Assembly (NCBI GenBank): GCA_964518765.1
Contig: CAZFJC010000001.1
Span: 11,595-75,594 of the forward strand
Direction: 5' to 3'
DNA length: 64,000 nucleotides
From: an uncultured bacterium
Lineage (GTDB): Bacteria > Edwardsbacteria > AC1 > EtOH8
A program made the translations under genes and the position numbers. Below are positions 9,584-17,572 of the stretch, in pieces (positions within the stretch are counted from its first letter, which is position 1; the number at the start of each line of letters is the position of its first letter). Below the pieces are notes generated by a model. It did no database searches and had not been told where the DNA came from. It was given only the letters and a program-made list of their open reading frames with translations.

Positions 9584-9974
9584 TAACGGACGTAGGTCGG
9601 GCGATTCCGAGGTCCTGGCCAACCTGCCGACCAAGGTCTACTACAGCATCCGCGAGGTGGCCGAGATTCTAGAGATCAAGGCCTATATTCTGAGGTTTTG
9701 GGAAAGCGAGTTTCCCCAGCTGCATCCCCGAACCAGCAAGGGGGGGCGCCGCCAGTACCAGCTGGACGACATCAAGCTGTTGTTGCTGATCAAAAGGCTG
9801 CTTTACCGCGAGGGCTACACCATCGCCGGAGCCAGGGCCAGGCTCAAGGAGATCAAGCTGCACGAGCCCAACCAGCTGGACATCCCCTTCGATGAATGGC
9901 GCAAGAAGGTCCGGGTGAAGGGCATAGCCGCTGAGCTGAGGCAGGTGATCGACATCCTGGGCGGGGCTAAATAG
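9567..9974 (+). CDS. MerR-family HTH transcriptional regulator.
   Basis: YYSIREVAEILEIKAYILRFWESEFPQL helix-turn-helix. The TTG at 9555 reported in the track is a less likely start. Confidence 0.6.
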   Translation: MKNSADNGRRSGDSEVLANLPTKVYYSIREVAEILEIKAYILRFWESEFPQLHPRTSKGGRRQYQLDDIKLLLLIKRLLYREGYTIAGARARLKEIKLHEPNQLDIPFDEWRKKVRVKGIAAELRQVIDILGGAK

Positions 9975-9977
9975 GGG

Positions 9978-10006
9978 TTGCTTTTCGGGCCAAGGTGTCG
10001 TATAAT
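9978..10006 (+). promoter_or_regulatory. Sigma70-like promoter candidate (TTGCTT - 17 nt - TATAAT).
   Basis: -35 at 9978-9983 and -10 at 10001-10006 with an exact 17-nt spacer. It lies about 145 nt upstream of tRNA-Pro on the same strand. Confidence 0.3.
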
Positions 10007-10156
10007 TATTAAAATATGTCCGTGAGCTATCAACTTTTTTCACCACTTACTAGGGACGTCGCCCGGGACGGAATCAATCCGGTTTATTTCACTCGACTGG
10101 GGCCAGGGCAGCTCCAAATTAAGTAATTACCCTAAACCAGGTTCGATATATCAGGT

Positions 10157-10235
10157 CGGGGCGTAGCGCAGTCCGGTTTAGCGCACTTGACTGGGGGTCA
10201 AGGGGTCGGTGGTTCGAATCCACTCGCCCCGACCA
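10157..10235 (+). tRNA. tRNA-Pro (anticodon GGG), CCA encoded.
   Basis: Manual fold: acceptor CGGGGCG/CGCCCCG, D-arm GCGC/GCGC, anticodon stem CTTGA/TCAAG with loop CTGGGGG (anticodon GGG), T-arm GGTGG-TTCGAAT-CCACT, discriminator A, then CCA. Confidence 0.85.
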
Positions 10236-10271
10236 ATTACGAAAAGACACTTCATCGCCGGCAAAAGTCTC

Positions 10272-10305
10272 CAGTGGTCTCCACTGAGGATTTTGCTTTT
10301 TTTTT
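10272..10305 (+). terminator. Hairpin plus long T-tract downstream of the tRNA.
   Basis: CAGTGG-tct-CCACTG followed by aggaTTTTgcTTTTTTTTT. Confidence 0.4.
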
Positions 10306-10330
10306 AGCCGGCAAAACGCAGCCGAAAGGT

Positions 10331-12334
10331 ATGACCGTAAGCGGTCGGCGCATGGCCTTCACCGAGTCGGAATTCCTCTCCAAATCATTCGCTAAGCTCC
10401 GGGGCCTTCTGCTGGGCAAGCCCAAGGACGTAGAGGACCCGAAGATATTCCACAAGATATCGCTGGTGGCCCTGCTGGCCTGGATAGGCCTGGGGGCCGA
10501 CGGCCTCTCCTCCTCCTCCTACGGCCCTGAGGAGGCCTTCCGGGCCCTAGGTCAGCACACCTACCTGCTGGTGTTCATCGCCCTGGCGACCACAACGACC
10601 GTCCTTATTATATCTTACGCCTATTCCCGAATCATCGAGCATTTCCCCCACGGCGGCGGAGGATATATCGTGGCCACCCACACCCTGGGCCGGAGGGTGG
10701 GGGTGGTCTCGGGATGCGCTCTGCTGGTGGACTACGTGCTGACCATCACCGTCTCCATCGCCGCCTGCGGCGACGCCCTGTTCAGCTTCCTGCCGCTACA
10801 GTATCACGTCTACAAAATACCTTTCTGCGCCCTGCTGATCATCGTCCTCATCGTCCTCAACCTGCGTGGCATAAAAGAATCGGTAACATTCCTGGCGCCT
10901 ATATTCGCCACCTTCTTCGTCACCCACGTGCTAATGATCCTCTACGGGATCTTCAGCCATTCTGCCCAGTTCGTGCCGGTGGTCCAGGGTATCGGGGAGG
11001 GGCTGCGCACCGACCTGGCCGCCATCGGTATATGGGGGGTGTTGGCTATTTTCGTCCGGGCCTACTCCATGGGGGCCGGCACCTACACCGGCATCGAGGC
11101 GGTGGCTAACGGACTCCAGGTGATGAGGGAGCCCAAGGTCCAAACCGGCAAGCGCACCATGGCCCTGATGGCGGGATCGCTGGCCTTCACCGCCGGGGGG
11201 CTGTTGATCTGTTACCTGTTGCTCAAGGTGCAGCCCCAGACGGGCAGGACATTGAACGCCGTCCTGGCCGACGCCCTGTTCGGCAGCTGGCCGCTGGGAA
11301 ACGTTTTGGCGCTGGTGACCATCGTCTCCGAGGGCGCCCTGCTGTTCGTGGCCGCCCAGACCGGCTTCATAGACGGACCCCGGGTGATGGCCAATATGGC
11401 GGTGGACTCCTGGTTCCCCCATCGCTTCGCCTCGCTCTCGGAGCGGCTGACCATGAACAACGGGGTGCTGCTGATGGGCCTGGCATCGCTGGTGCTGCTC
11501 TTCTACACCGGTGGGCACATCACCACCCTGGTGGTCATGTACTCCATCAACGTCTTCCTGGACTTCTCCCTCTCCCAGGCCGGCATGGCCCGCTACTTTA
11601 TTAAGAACCGGGAGGTGGAGAAGGACTGGCGGAAGGAGGTGTCCATATTCAGCGTCGGTTTCGCCCTGTGCGCTACCATCCTGACCATCGCCGTGGTGGA
11701 GAAGTTCGCCCACGGCGGCTGGCTGACTCTGGTGATCACCACCGGCCTGATCGTGATCTGCTACCGCATCCGCAACCACTACGAGACGGTGCGCCGGGGG
11801 GCCCGCCAGCTGGATGAGATCCTGCTGGACATTCCGGTGTCCGAGAGGAAGAAGGTTCTTCCGGTCAACCCCAGTGAGATGACGGCCATCGTTCTGGTCA
11901 ACGGCTACAACGGTTTCGGGGTCCACACCCTGATGTCAATCATCAGGAACTTTCCCCGCCTTTACAAGAACTTCATCTTCGTCTCGGCGGCGGTGGTGGA
12001 CTCCGGCGCCTTTAAAGGCTCCAAGGAGATAGACTCCCTCAAGGCCTCGGTGGAGAAGTCGCTCCAGCTTTACGTGGACTTGGCACACGACTTCGGCTTG
12101 GCGGCCGATTACCGTTTCGACACCGGGACCGAAGCGGTAGAAACAGTCAGCGAGCTGTGCCTGTCGCTGGCTAGGGATTTCCCCAGGTGCACTGTCTTCA
12201 CCAGCCGGCTGATATTCTCCCGAGAGAGCGTGTTCCAGCGCTTCCTACACAATGAGACGCCGTTCGCCATCCAGCGGCGCTTGCAGTGGCAGGGGATCAC
12301 CACCGTGGTACTGCCCATCAGGACTCAGATATAG
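10331..12334 (+). CDS. APC-superfamily amino-acid/cation permease with a C-terminal cytoplasmic domain.
   Basis: About 12 hydrophobic segments and APC-like motifs. The ORF-track start at 10187 lies inside the tRNA; the ATG at 10331 has AAAGG 7 nt upstream. Confidence 0.65.
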   Translation: MTVSGRRMAFTESEFLSKSFAKLRGLLLGKPKDVEDPKIFHKISLVALLAWIGLGADGLSSSSYGPEEAFRALGQHTYLLVFIALATTTTVLIISYAYSRIIEHFPHGGGGYIVATHTLGRRVGVVSGCALLVDYVLTITVSIAACGDALFSFLPLQYHVYKIPFCALLIIVLIVLNLRGIKESVTFLAPIFATFFVTHVLMILYGIFSHSAQFVPVVQGIGEGLRTDLAAIGIWGVLAIFVRAYSMGAGTYTGIEAVANGLQVMREPKVQTGKRTMALMAGSLAFTAGGLLICYLLLKVQPQTGRTLNAVLADALFGSWPLGNVLALVTIVSEGALLFVAAQTGFIDGPRVMANMAVDSWFPHRFASLSERLTMNNGVLLMGLASLVLLFYTGGHITTLVVMYSINVFLDFSLSQAGMARYFIKNREVEKDWRKEVSIFSVGFALCATILTIAVVEKFAHGGWLTLVITTGLIVICYRIRNHYETVRRGARQLDEILLDIPVSERKKVLPVNPSEMTAIVLVNGYNGFGVHTLMSIIRNFPRLYKNFIFVSAAVVDSGAFKGSKEIDSLKASVEKSLQLYVDLAHDFGLAADYRFDTGTEAVETVSELCLSLARDFPRCTVFTSRLIFSRESVFQRFLHNETPFAIQRRLQWQGITTVVLPIRTQI

Positions 12335-12377
12335 GAATACGGGCCCGGCAAGCCGAGCCCTAGCAGGGAGGGGATAC

Positions 12378-13478
12378 ATGAACCGGATGTTGGAAAAACA
12401 GGCCGAGGTCGTCACCAGGTACTCGCTGGGCCTGAAAAGGGGGGACCGGGTTCTGATCCAGGGGGAGGTGGTCACCCTGCCGCTGGTGACCGCATGCTAC
12501 CGGCAGGCGGTTGTCCAGGGTGCCTACCCAACGGTAAAGCTTTTCAGCGACGAGATGAAGGAGCTCCTTCTGCGCCTGGGAAACGAGGACCAGATCAAGT
12601 ACACTCACGGTTTCGAGCTGGAGGCGGTCAAGAGCTTGGATGCGGTGTTGACCGTCTGGGGCGGCGCCAACACCCGGATGCTGTCCAGCGTCCCGGGGGA
12701 GCGGATGAAGTGGGCCTCGCAGGGAACGACCGAGTACCGGAAGATATTCTTCGAACGCATGGCCAAGGGCGAGCTGCGCTGGTGCGGCACCCAACATCCG
12801 ACCCAGAGCCATGCCCAAGAGGCCAGCATGTCCCTGGCCGAGTACCAGGATTTCGTCTACGGCTGCTGCCTGCTGGACGACCCGGAACCGGTGGCCAAGT
12901 GGCGGGAGGTGGAGCGGGAGCAGGGCCGGATCTGCGCCCTGCTGGACAGGGCCAAAAGGTTGCGCATCACCTCTAAGGACACCGACCTCACCATGTCGGT
13001 GGAGGGGCGCAAGTGGATCAATTGCTGCGGCCACGAGAATTTTCCGGACGGGGAGGTTTTCACCTGCCCGGTGGAGGACTCGGCCCAGGGACGGATCCGC
13101 TTCAGTTTCCCAGGCATCTACGGAGGACGGGAGATAGAGGACATCCAGCTGGAGTTCGATCGGGGCCGGGTGGTCAGGGCCGAGGCCGCCAAGGGCCGAG
13201 ACCTGCTGGAGCAGCTTCTGGAGACCGACCCCGGCGCCCGCCTGCTGGGCGAGGTGGCCGTCGGCACCAATTACAATATAACCCGGTTTACCCGGAACAT
13301 GCTGTTCGACGAGAAGATAGGCGGCACGGTGCACCTGGCCATCGGGCAGGCCTTCGCCGAGGCCGGCGGCAAAAATCAGTCATCTGTCCATTGGGATATG
13401 CTGTGCGACATGAAGCAGGGCGGCAGTATAGAGGCCGACGGCAAGGTGATCTACCGGGACGGAAGGTTCACCATCTGA
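12378..13478 (+). CDS. Aminopeptidase, M29 (AmpS/PepS)-like.
   Basis: GGGAGGGG RBS before the ATG at 12378. Length and motif pattern are consistent with thermophilic metalloaminopeptidase family M29 (by eye only). Confidence 0.55.
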   Translation: MNRMLEKQAEVVTRYSLGLKRGDRVLIQGEVVTLPLVTACYRQAVVQGAYPTVKLFSDEMKELLLRLGNEDQIKYTHGFELEAVKSLDAVLTVWGGANTRMLSSVPGERMKWASQGTTEYRKIFFERMAKGELRWCGTQHPTQSHAQEASMSLAEYQDFVYGCCLLDDPEPVAKWREVEREQGRICALLDRAKRLRITSKDTDLTMSVEGRKWINCCGHENFPDGEVFTCPVEDSAQGRIRFSFPGIYGGREIEDIQLEFDRGRVVRAEAAKGRDLLEQLLETDPGARLLGEVAVGTNYNITRFTRNMLFDEKIGGTVHLAIGQAFAEAGGKNQSSVHWDMLCDMKQGGSIEADGKVIYRDGRFTI

Positions 13479-13577
13479 CCGGCCCCGACCCTTGCGGGCA
13501 GGTGCGGCCTAACCAGGCTGCCCCTGCCTTTTACATATGGACAAAGGGGCCATAATCCTATATAATACAAGACAATA

Positions 13578-14258
13578 GTGGCAAAGGGCTCGGTGAGATT
13601 TTTTGTCATCATTCCGGCATATAATTCCGAGGCCAGCCTGGGCCGTCTGCTCAAGCGGGTGCTGGAATTCATTCCCAAAAGTGGTATAATTGTGGTGGAC
13701 GACGGCTCGGCCGATGCCACTGTCCGCCAATGCCTTGTCCTGGGAATAGAGCCCATGCGCCATTCCACCAACCTGGGGAAGGGACAGGCTCTGCGCACCG
13801 GTTTTGCCGAGGCCGTCAGGAGAGGAGCGGAGGCGGTCATCACCCTGGACGCCGACGGGCAGCATCGTCCCGAATACATCACCGAATTCGTTAAACAATT
13901 CGAAAAAACCGGAGGTCAAATATTAATAGGTTCGAGGAAGCACAAGTTCTCCGAGCTTCCGCCGGACCGCTACCTGAGCAACCGTCTGACCACAGTGGTT
14001 GTCTCCCTGCTGGCCGGAAGGAGGCTGGAGGACAGCCAGAGCGGGTACCGGCTGCTTTCGGCCGAGGCCATCAGGTACGTTCCTACCCGTGCCTGCCGCT
14101 ACCAGATGGAGTCGGAGTTCCTGATACGGGCGGGAAGAATGGGATACCGCATTGGCCATTTGCCGATCGTCAACGAAACGAGCACCACCAGCCACATCCG
14201 TCGGGGGAGGGACACGCTGAGGTTCCTGGCCATGGCCGTGCGGATGCTGTGGGTGTAA
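13578..14258 (+). CDS. Family-2 glycosyltransferase (polyprenyl-phosphate sugar transferase-like).
   Basis: FVIIPAYNSE ... VVDDGSADAT ... LDADGQH (DxD) ... QSGYRL. Start uncertain: GTG at 13578, or GTG at 13596 with an AAGGG RBS. Confidence 0.65.
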   Translation: MAKGSVRFFVIIPAYNSEASLGRLLKRVLEFIPKSGIIVVDDGSADATVRQCLVLGIEPMRHSTNLGKGQALRTGFAEAVRRGAEAVITLDADGQHRPEYITEFVKQFEKTGGQILIGSRKHKFSELPPDRYLSNRLTTVVVSLLAGRRLEDSQSGYRLLSAEAIRYVPTRACRYQMESEFLIRAGRMGYRIGHLPIVNETSTTSHIRRGRDTLRFLAMAVRMLWV

Positions 14259-14390
14259 TGTCTTTACTGTCACCCTGAGGAGTGTTCCCTGACCGACAAG
14301 TCGAATGGGTGACGCGGGACATCTGTCATCCTTCAGCCTGCCGGGCGGGGAGCAATCTCCGGATGACAACTATTAGTAATCGTCAGGCAC

Positions 14391-15149
14391 ATGGCTAAAA
14401 AACCCATCATCCTCATCACCAACGACGACGGCATCGATGCCCAGGGCATACAGGCGCTGCGCCGCGGCCTGGCCCGTCTGGCCGACACCAGGGTCTTCGC
14501 CCCCATGTCCCAGAAGAGCGGGGCCAGCCACTCCTTTTCCCTGCGCAAGCCTTTGGAGGTGATCTGGCGGGACCATACCACCGTGGCCGTAGACGGCACC
14601 CCCACCGACTGCGTGATGCTGGCGGTGCGGGGCCTGTTAAAAGAAAGGCCGGAACTGGTGGTCTCGGGCATCAACCACGGCCCAAACCTGGGGGACGACG
14701 TCACCTATTCGGGGACAGTGGCCGGGGCCATGGAGGGGACGCTGCTGGGCATACCTTCTATCGCCGTATCCTGCGCCTCCTGGAACGAGTGCCGGTTTGA
14801 GGCCGCGGTCCACTACGCGGTGCGGATAGCCAGGCAGGTGCTCAAAAGGGGACTGCCGCGCAACACCCTGCTCAACGTCAACGTACCCAGCGCCGGCCGG
14901 CGTTCGATAAAGGGGATCAGGTTCACCAAGCTGGGCAAGCGCATCTACCGGGACATGATCGTCGAGACCAAGCGGCCCGACGGACGCCAGTACTTTATGA
15001 TCGACGGAGCCGATCCTGACTGGGAGAGGGAGTCCAACACTGACTTCGAGGCCATCGAACAGGGAATGGTCTCTGTCACCCCCTTCCACTTGGACTGGAC
15101 CAACCACCGGGCTTTAGCCGCCCTGCGGAAGTGGGAGCGAGAGATCTGA
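14391..15149 (+). CDS. surE: 5'/3'-nucleotidase SurE.
   Basis: ILITNDDGIDAQGI ... GINHGPNLGDDVTYSGTVAGAMEG. Confidence 0.9.
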   Translation: MAKKPIILITNDDGIDAQGIQALRRGLARLADTRVFAPMSQKSGASHSFSLRKPLEVIWRDHTTVAVDGTPTDCVMLAVRGLLKERPELVVSGINHGPNLGDDVTYSGTVAGAMEGTLLGIPSIAVSCASWNECRFEAAVHYAVRIARQVLKRGLPRNTLLNVNVPSAGRRSIKGIRFTKLGKRIYRDMIVETKRPDGRQYFMIDGADPDWERESNTDFEAIEQGMVSVTPFHLDWTNHRALAALRKWEREI

Positions 15150-15215
15150 CCTCTTGGCGCATCGACCATGCCTTTTTTAGAACTGCCTTAACTGAAACCG
15201 GACGGTTTTCCGGCC

Positions 15216-15869
15216 ATGCATGACTTTCAGAACCAGCGTCGTCAAATGGTAGAGCAGCAGCTGATGCGGCGGGGTATAGCCGACCGCCGGGTGCTGGAGG
15301 CCTTTCTCAAGGTGCCGCGCCACCTGTTCGTCCAGGAGGCCATGCAGCACCGGGCCTATGACGACAACCCGCTGCCCATCGGACAGGGACAGACCATCTC
15401 CCAACCCCTGATGGTGGCCCTGATGACCCAGGCCCTGCGGCTGACCGGGGCCGAACGGGTGCTGGAGATAGGCACCGGCTCCGGCTACCAGGCGGCCATC
15501 CTGGCCGAGCTGGCCTCGCAAGTATTCACCGTGGAGCGCATCGAGGCCCTGGCCAGGAGAGCCAGGCAGGTGCTCGACAGTTTGCGCTATCACAACATTG
15601 CCATCAAGATCGGCGATGGCACCCTGGGCTGGGCCGAACACTCGCCATATGACCGGATCATCGTCACCGCCGGGGCGCCGCAGGTGCCCAAGGCCTATTG
15701 GGACCAACTGGCCGAGGGGGGCGTTATGGCCATTCCGGTGGGGGGCTCGTCTTTCCAATCCCTTCAGGTCATCGAGAAAAAGGAGGGCCGGGAGATAAAG
15801 AACGACTACGGGGGATGCGCCTTCGTCCCCCTATTGGGCAAATACGGGTGGAACAGGGATGGCCGATAG
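15216..15869 (+). CDS. pcm: Protein-L-isoaspartate O-methyltransferase.
   Basis: GQTISQP ... LEIGTGSGYQAA motifs; surE-pcm synteny. Confidence 0.9.
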   Translation: MHDFQNQRRQMVEQQLMRRGIADRRVLEAFLKVPRHLFVQEAMQHRAYDDNPLPIGQGQTISQPLMVALMTQALRLTGAERVLEIGTGSGYQAAILAELASQVFTVERIEALARRARQVLDSLRYHNIAIKIGDGTLGWAEHSPYDRIIVTAGAPQVPKAYWDQLAEGGVMAIPVGGSSFQSLQVIEKKEGREIKNDYGGCAFVPLLGKYGWNRDGR

Positions 15870-16332
15870 CACCGTACCGATCAGGATAGGGGTTATCGGT
15901 GGCTCCAGCTGCACCCCCAGGCAGGCGGAGATGGCCTTAAGGGTCGGCCAGCTGATTGCCCGGAGGGGCGGCATACTGGTCTGCGGCGGCATGGGCGGGG
16001 TGATGGAAGCCGCCTGCCGGGGTGCCCGGGAGAACGGCGGCGTCACCGTCGGCATCCTTCCCGGCGGTTCGGCATGCGAGGGAAATAAGCATCTCACCAT
16101 TCCGGTGGCCACCGGTATGGGATACGCCCGGAACGTCCTGGTGGTCATGTCGTCCCAGGCCATCATAGCAATCGGGGGCAAGTACGGGACGCTATCGGAA
16201 CTGGCCTATGCCGCACAATTCGGGGTGCCGGTCTTCGGCCTTTCCACCTGGAAGGTCAGGATGCCGGTCAAGCACGTCCGGACGCCGGCCGAGGCAGTGC
16301 GCCTGGCCTTTGAGGCCGCCAGGAATCGGTGA
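15859..16332 (+). CDS. TIGR00725/LOG-family Rossmann-fold protein.
   Basis: IGVIGGS ... LVCGGMGGVMEAACRGA ... PVATGMG. Confidence 0.55.
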   Translation: MADSTVPIRIGVIGGSSCTPRQAEMALRVGQLIARRGGILVCGGMGGVMEAACRGARENGGVTVGILPGGSACEGNKHLTIPVATGMGYARNVLVVMSSQAIIAIGGKYGTLSELAYAAQFGVPVFGLSTWKVRMPVKHVRTPAEAVRLAFEAARNR

Positions 16333-16608
16333 ATGATGGAGAGGCTTGAGGCCAGGGTTTTCGGGACGGTGCAGGGGGTGGGCTATCGCTACTTCGTCGT
16401 CCGCCACGCCCGCAGGTTGGGGCTGACGGGGTTCGTACGCAACCTGGCTGACGGCTCGGTCGAGGTGGAGGCCGAGGGTGAGGCTGCCGCTCTTAAGGAA
16501 CTTAAAACCCTGCTGGAGGCCGGCCCGTCCGGCGCCGAGGTAGAGAAGGTGGAGGCCAGATGGGGGGGATACGTTAAAAGGTACGAGACATTCGATCTGA
16601 AGTATTAA
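16333..16608 (+). CDS. acyP: Acylphosphatase.
   Basis: VFGTVQGVGYRYF ... GFVRNLADGSVEVEAEG. Confidence 0.8.
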   Translation: MMERLEARVFGTVQGVGYRYFVVRHARRLGLTGFVRNLADGSVEVEAEGEAAALKELKTLLEAGPSGAEVEKVEARWGGYVKRYETFDLKY

Positions 16609-16619
16609 AGGAGCGAACA

Positions 16620-17147
16620 ATGGCCATCGATCTCAGGAAATACATCAGGGAGGTTCCGGATTTCCCCAAGAAGGGCATCGGGTTTAAGGATGTCACCACT
16701 CTGCTGGCCCATGCCAAGGCCTTCAGGGCCGTCATCGAAAGAATGGCCCGGGAGGTACGGGGGCTCAGGTTTGATTCGGTGGCGGTCATCGAATCACGGG
16801 GATTCGCCTTCGGCACCGCCCTGGCCTACAAGCTGCGAAAGGGGGCCATCCTGATTCGCAAGCCCAACAAGCTGCCGGCGAAGAAGATCAGGCAGGGCTA
16901 CGCCCTGGAATACGGGCGGGACTCTCTGGAGATGCACCGGGACGCGGTCAAAAAGGGGCAGGGGGTGCTGGTGGTCGACGATCTGCTGGCCACCGGCGGC
17001 ACCGCCCTGGCGGCGGCCAAGCTGGTGGAGAGGCTGGGAGGCAGGGTGGCCGGACTGGCCTTCGTGGTCGAACTAGACTTCCTGGGCGGACGCAGGAAGC
17101 TGAAGGGATATCAGGTAAGATCGTTGGTGCACTACTTCTCGGAATGA
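16620..17147 (+). CDS. apt: Adenine phosphoribosyltransferase.
   Basis: FPKKGIGFKDVTTLL ... VLVVDDLLATGGT PRPP-binding motif. Confidence 0.9.
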   Translation: MAIDLRKYIREVPDFPKKGIGFKDVTTLLAHAKAFRAVIERMAREVRGLRFDSVAVIESRGFAFGTALAYKLRKGAILIRKPNKLPAKKIRQGYALEYGRDSLEMHRDAVKKGQGVLVVDDLLATGGTALAAAKLVERLGGRVAGLAFVVELDFLGGRRKLKGYQVRSLVHYFSE

Positions 17148-17548
17148 GACGGCATTTGGAACGCTTGCGCCTATGGTTGCTGGCGGCGGCCATCATGGCC
17201 CTGGCGACCGAGGGGGGCGGGGCCCAGGATCTGGCGGCCGACACCGCGGACGTTTTCTACCAGGAATACCTAAACCGGCTGGTGGAGGACCTGCGTCTCA
17301 GCCAGATCCAGGACCTGGCCAGGAACTGGGGGGTGGTGGTCGGAGGACGTCAGCTCCGCATGAACCGCAGCTTCTGGGAGCAACGCCTCAGCCTCAACCT
17401 GTCCCTGGGGCTGTCGCCGGGCAGCGATTTCCAGACGGCCGTGGTCGAGTACCAGCTGCTTCCCCATCTGATGATGAGGGGCGAGGTGGGGCGGCGGGCG
17501 GACCACAGCGAGGCCTGGATCGATTTCATCTTCCATACCGAATATTGA
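17144..17548 (+). CDS. Small secreted hypothetical protein (signal peptide), immediately upstream of the HExxH-PD40-Omp85 protein.
   Basis: N-terminal RLRLWLLAAAIMALA signal-like segment; no recognisable domain. It overlaps the apt stop (ATGA). Confidence 0.4.
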   Translation: MRRHLERLRLWLLAAAIMALATEGGGAQDLAADTADVFYQEYLNRLVEDLRLSQIQDLARNWGVVVGGRQLRMNRSFWEQRLSLNLSLGLSPGSDFQTAVVEYQLLPHLMMRGEVGRRADHSEAWIDFIFHTEY

Positions 17549-17572
17549 GAACAGGATGGGGGGCGGTTTCCC

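Noticed and set aside
10187-10330. N-terminal 48 codons of the track's 715-aa ORF
   Set aside because: They overlap the tRNA-Pro gene; the real start is taken as the ATG at 10331, which has an RBS.
14259-14390. Imperfect repeated motif TGTCACCCTGAGGAG / TGTCATCCTTCAGCC in the surE upstream region
   Set aside because: The similarity is limited to about 9 nt and is not clearly a repeat or palindrome; it is probably chance.
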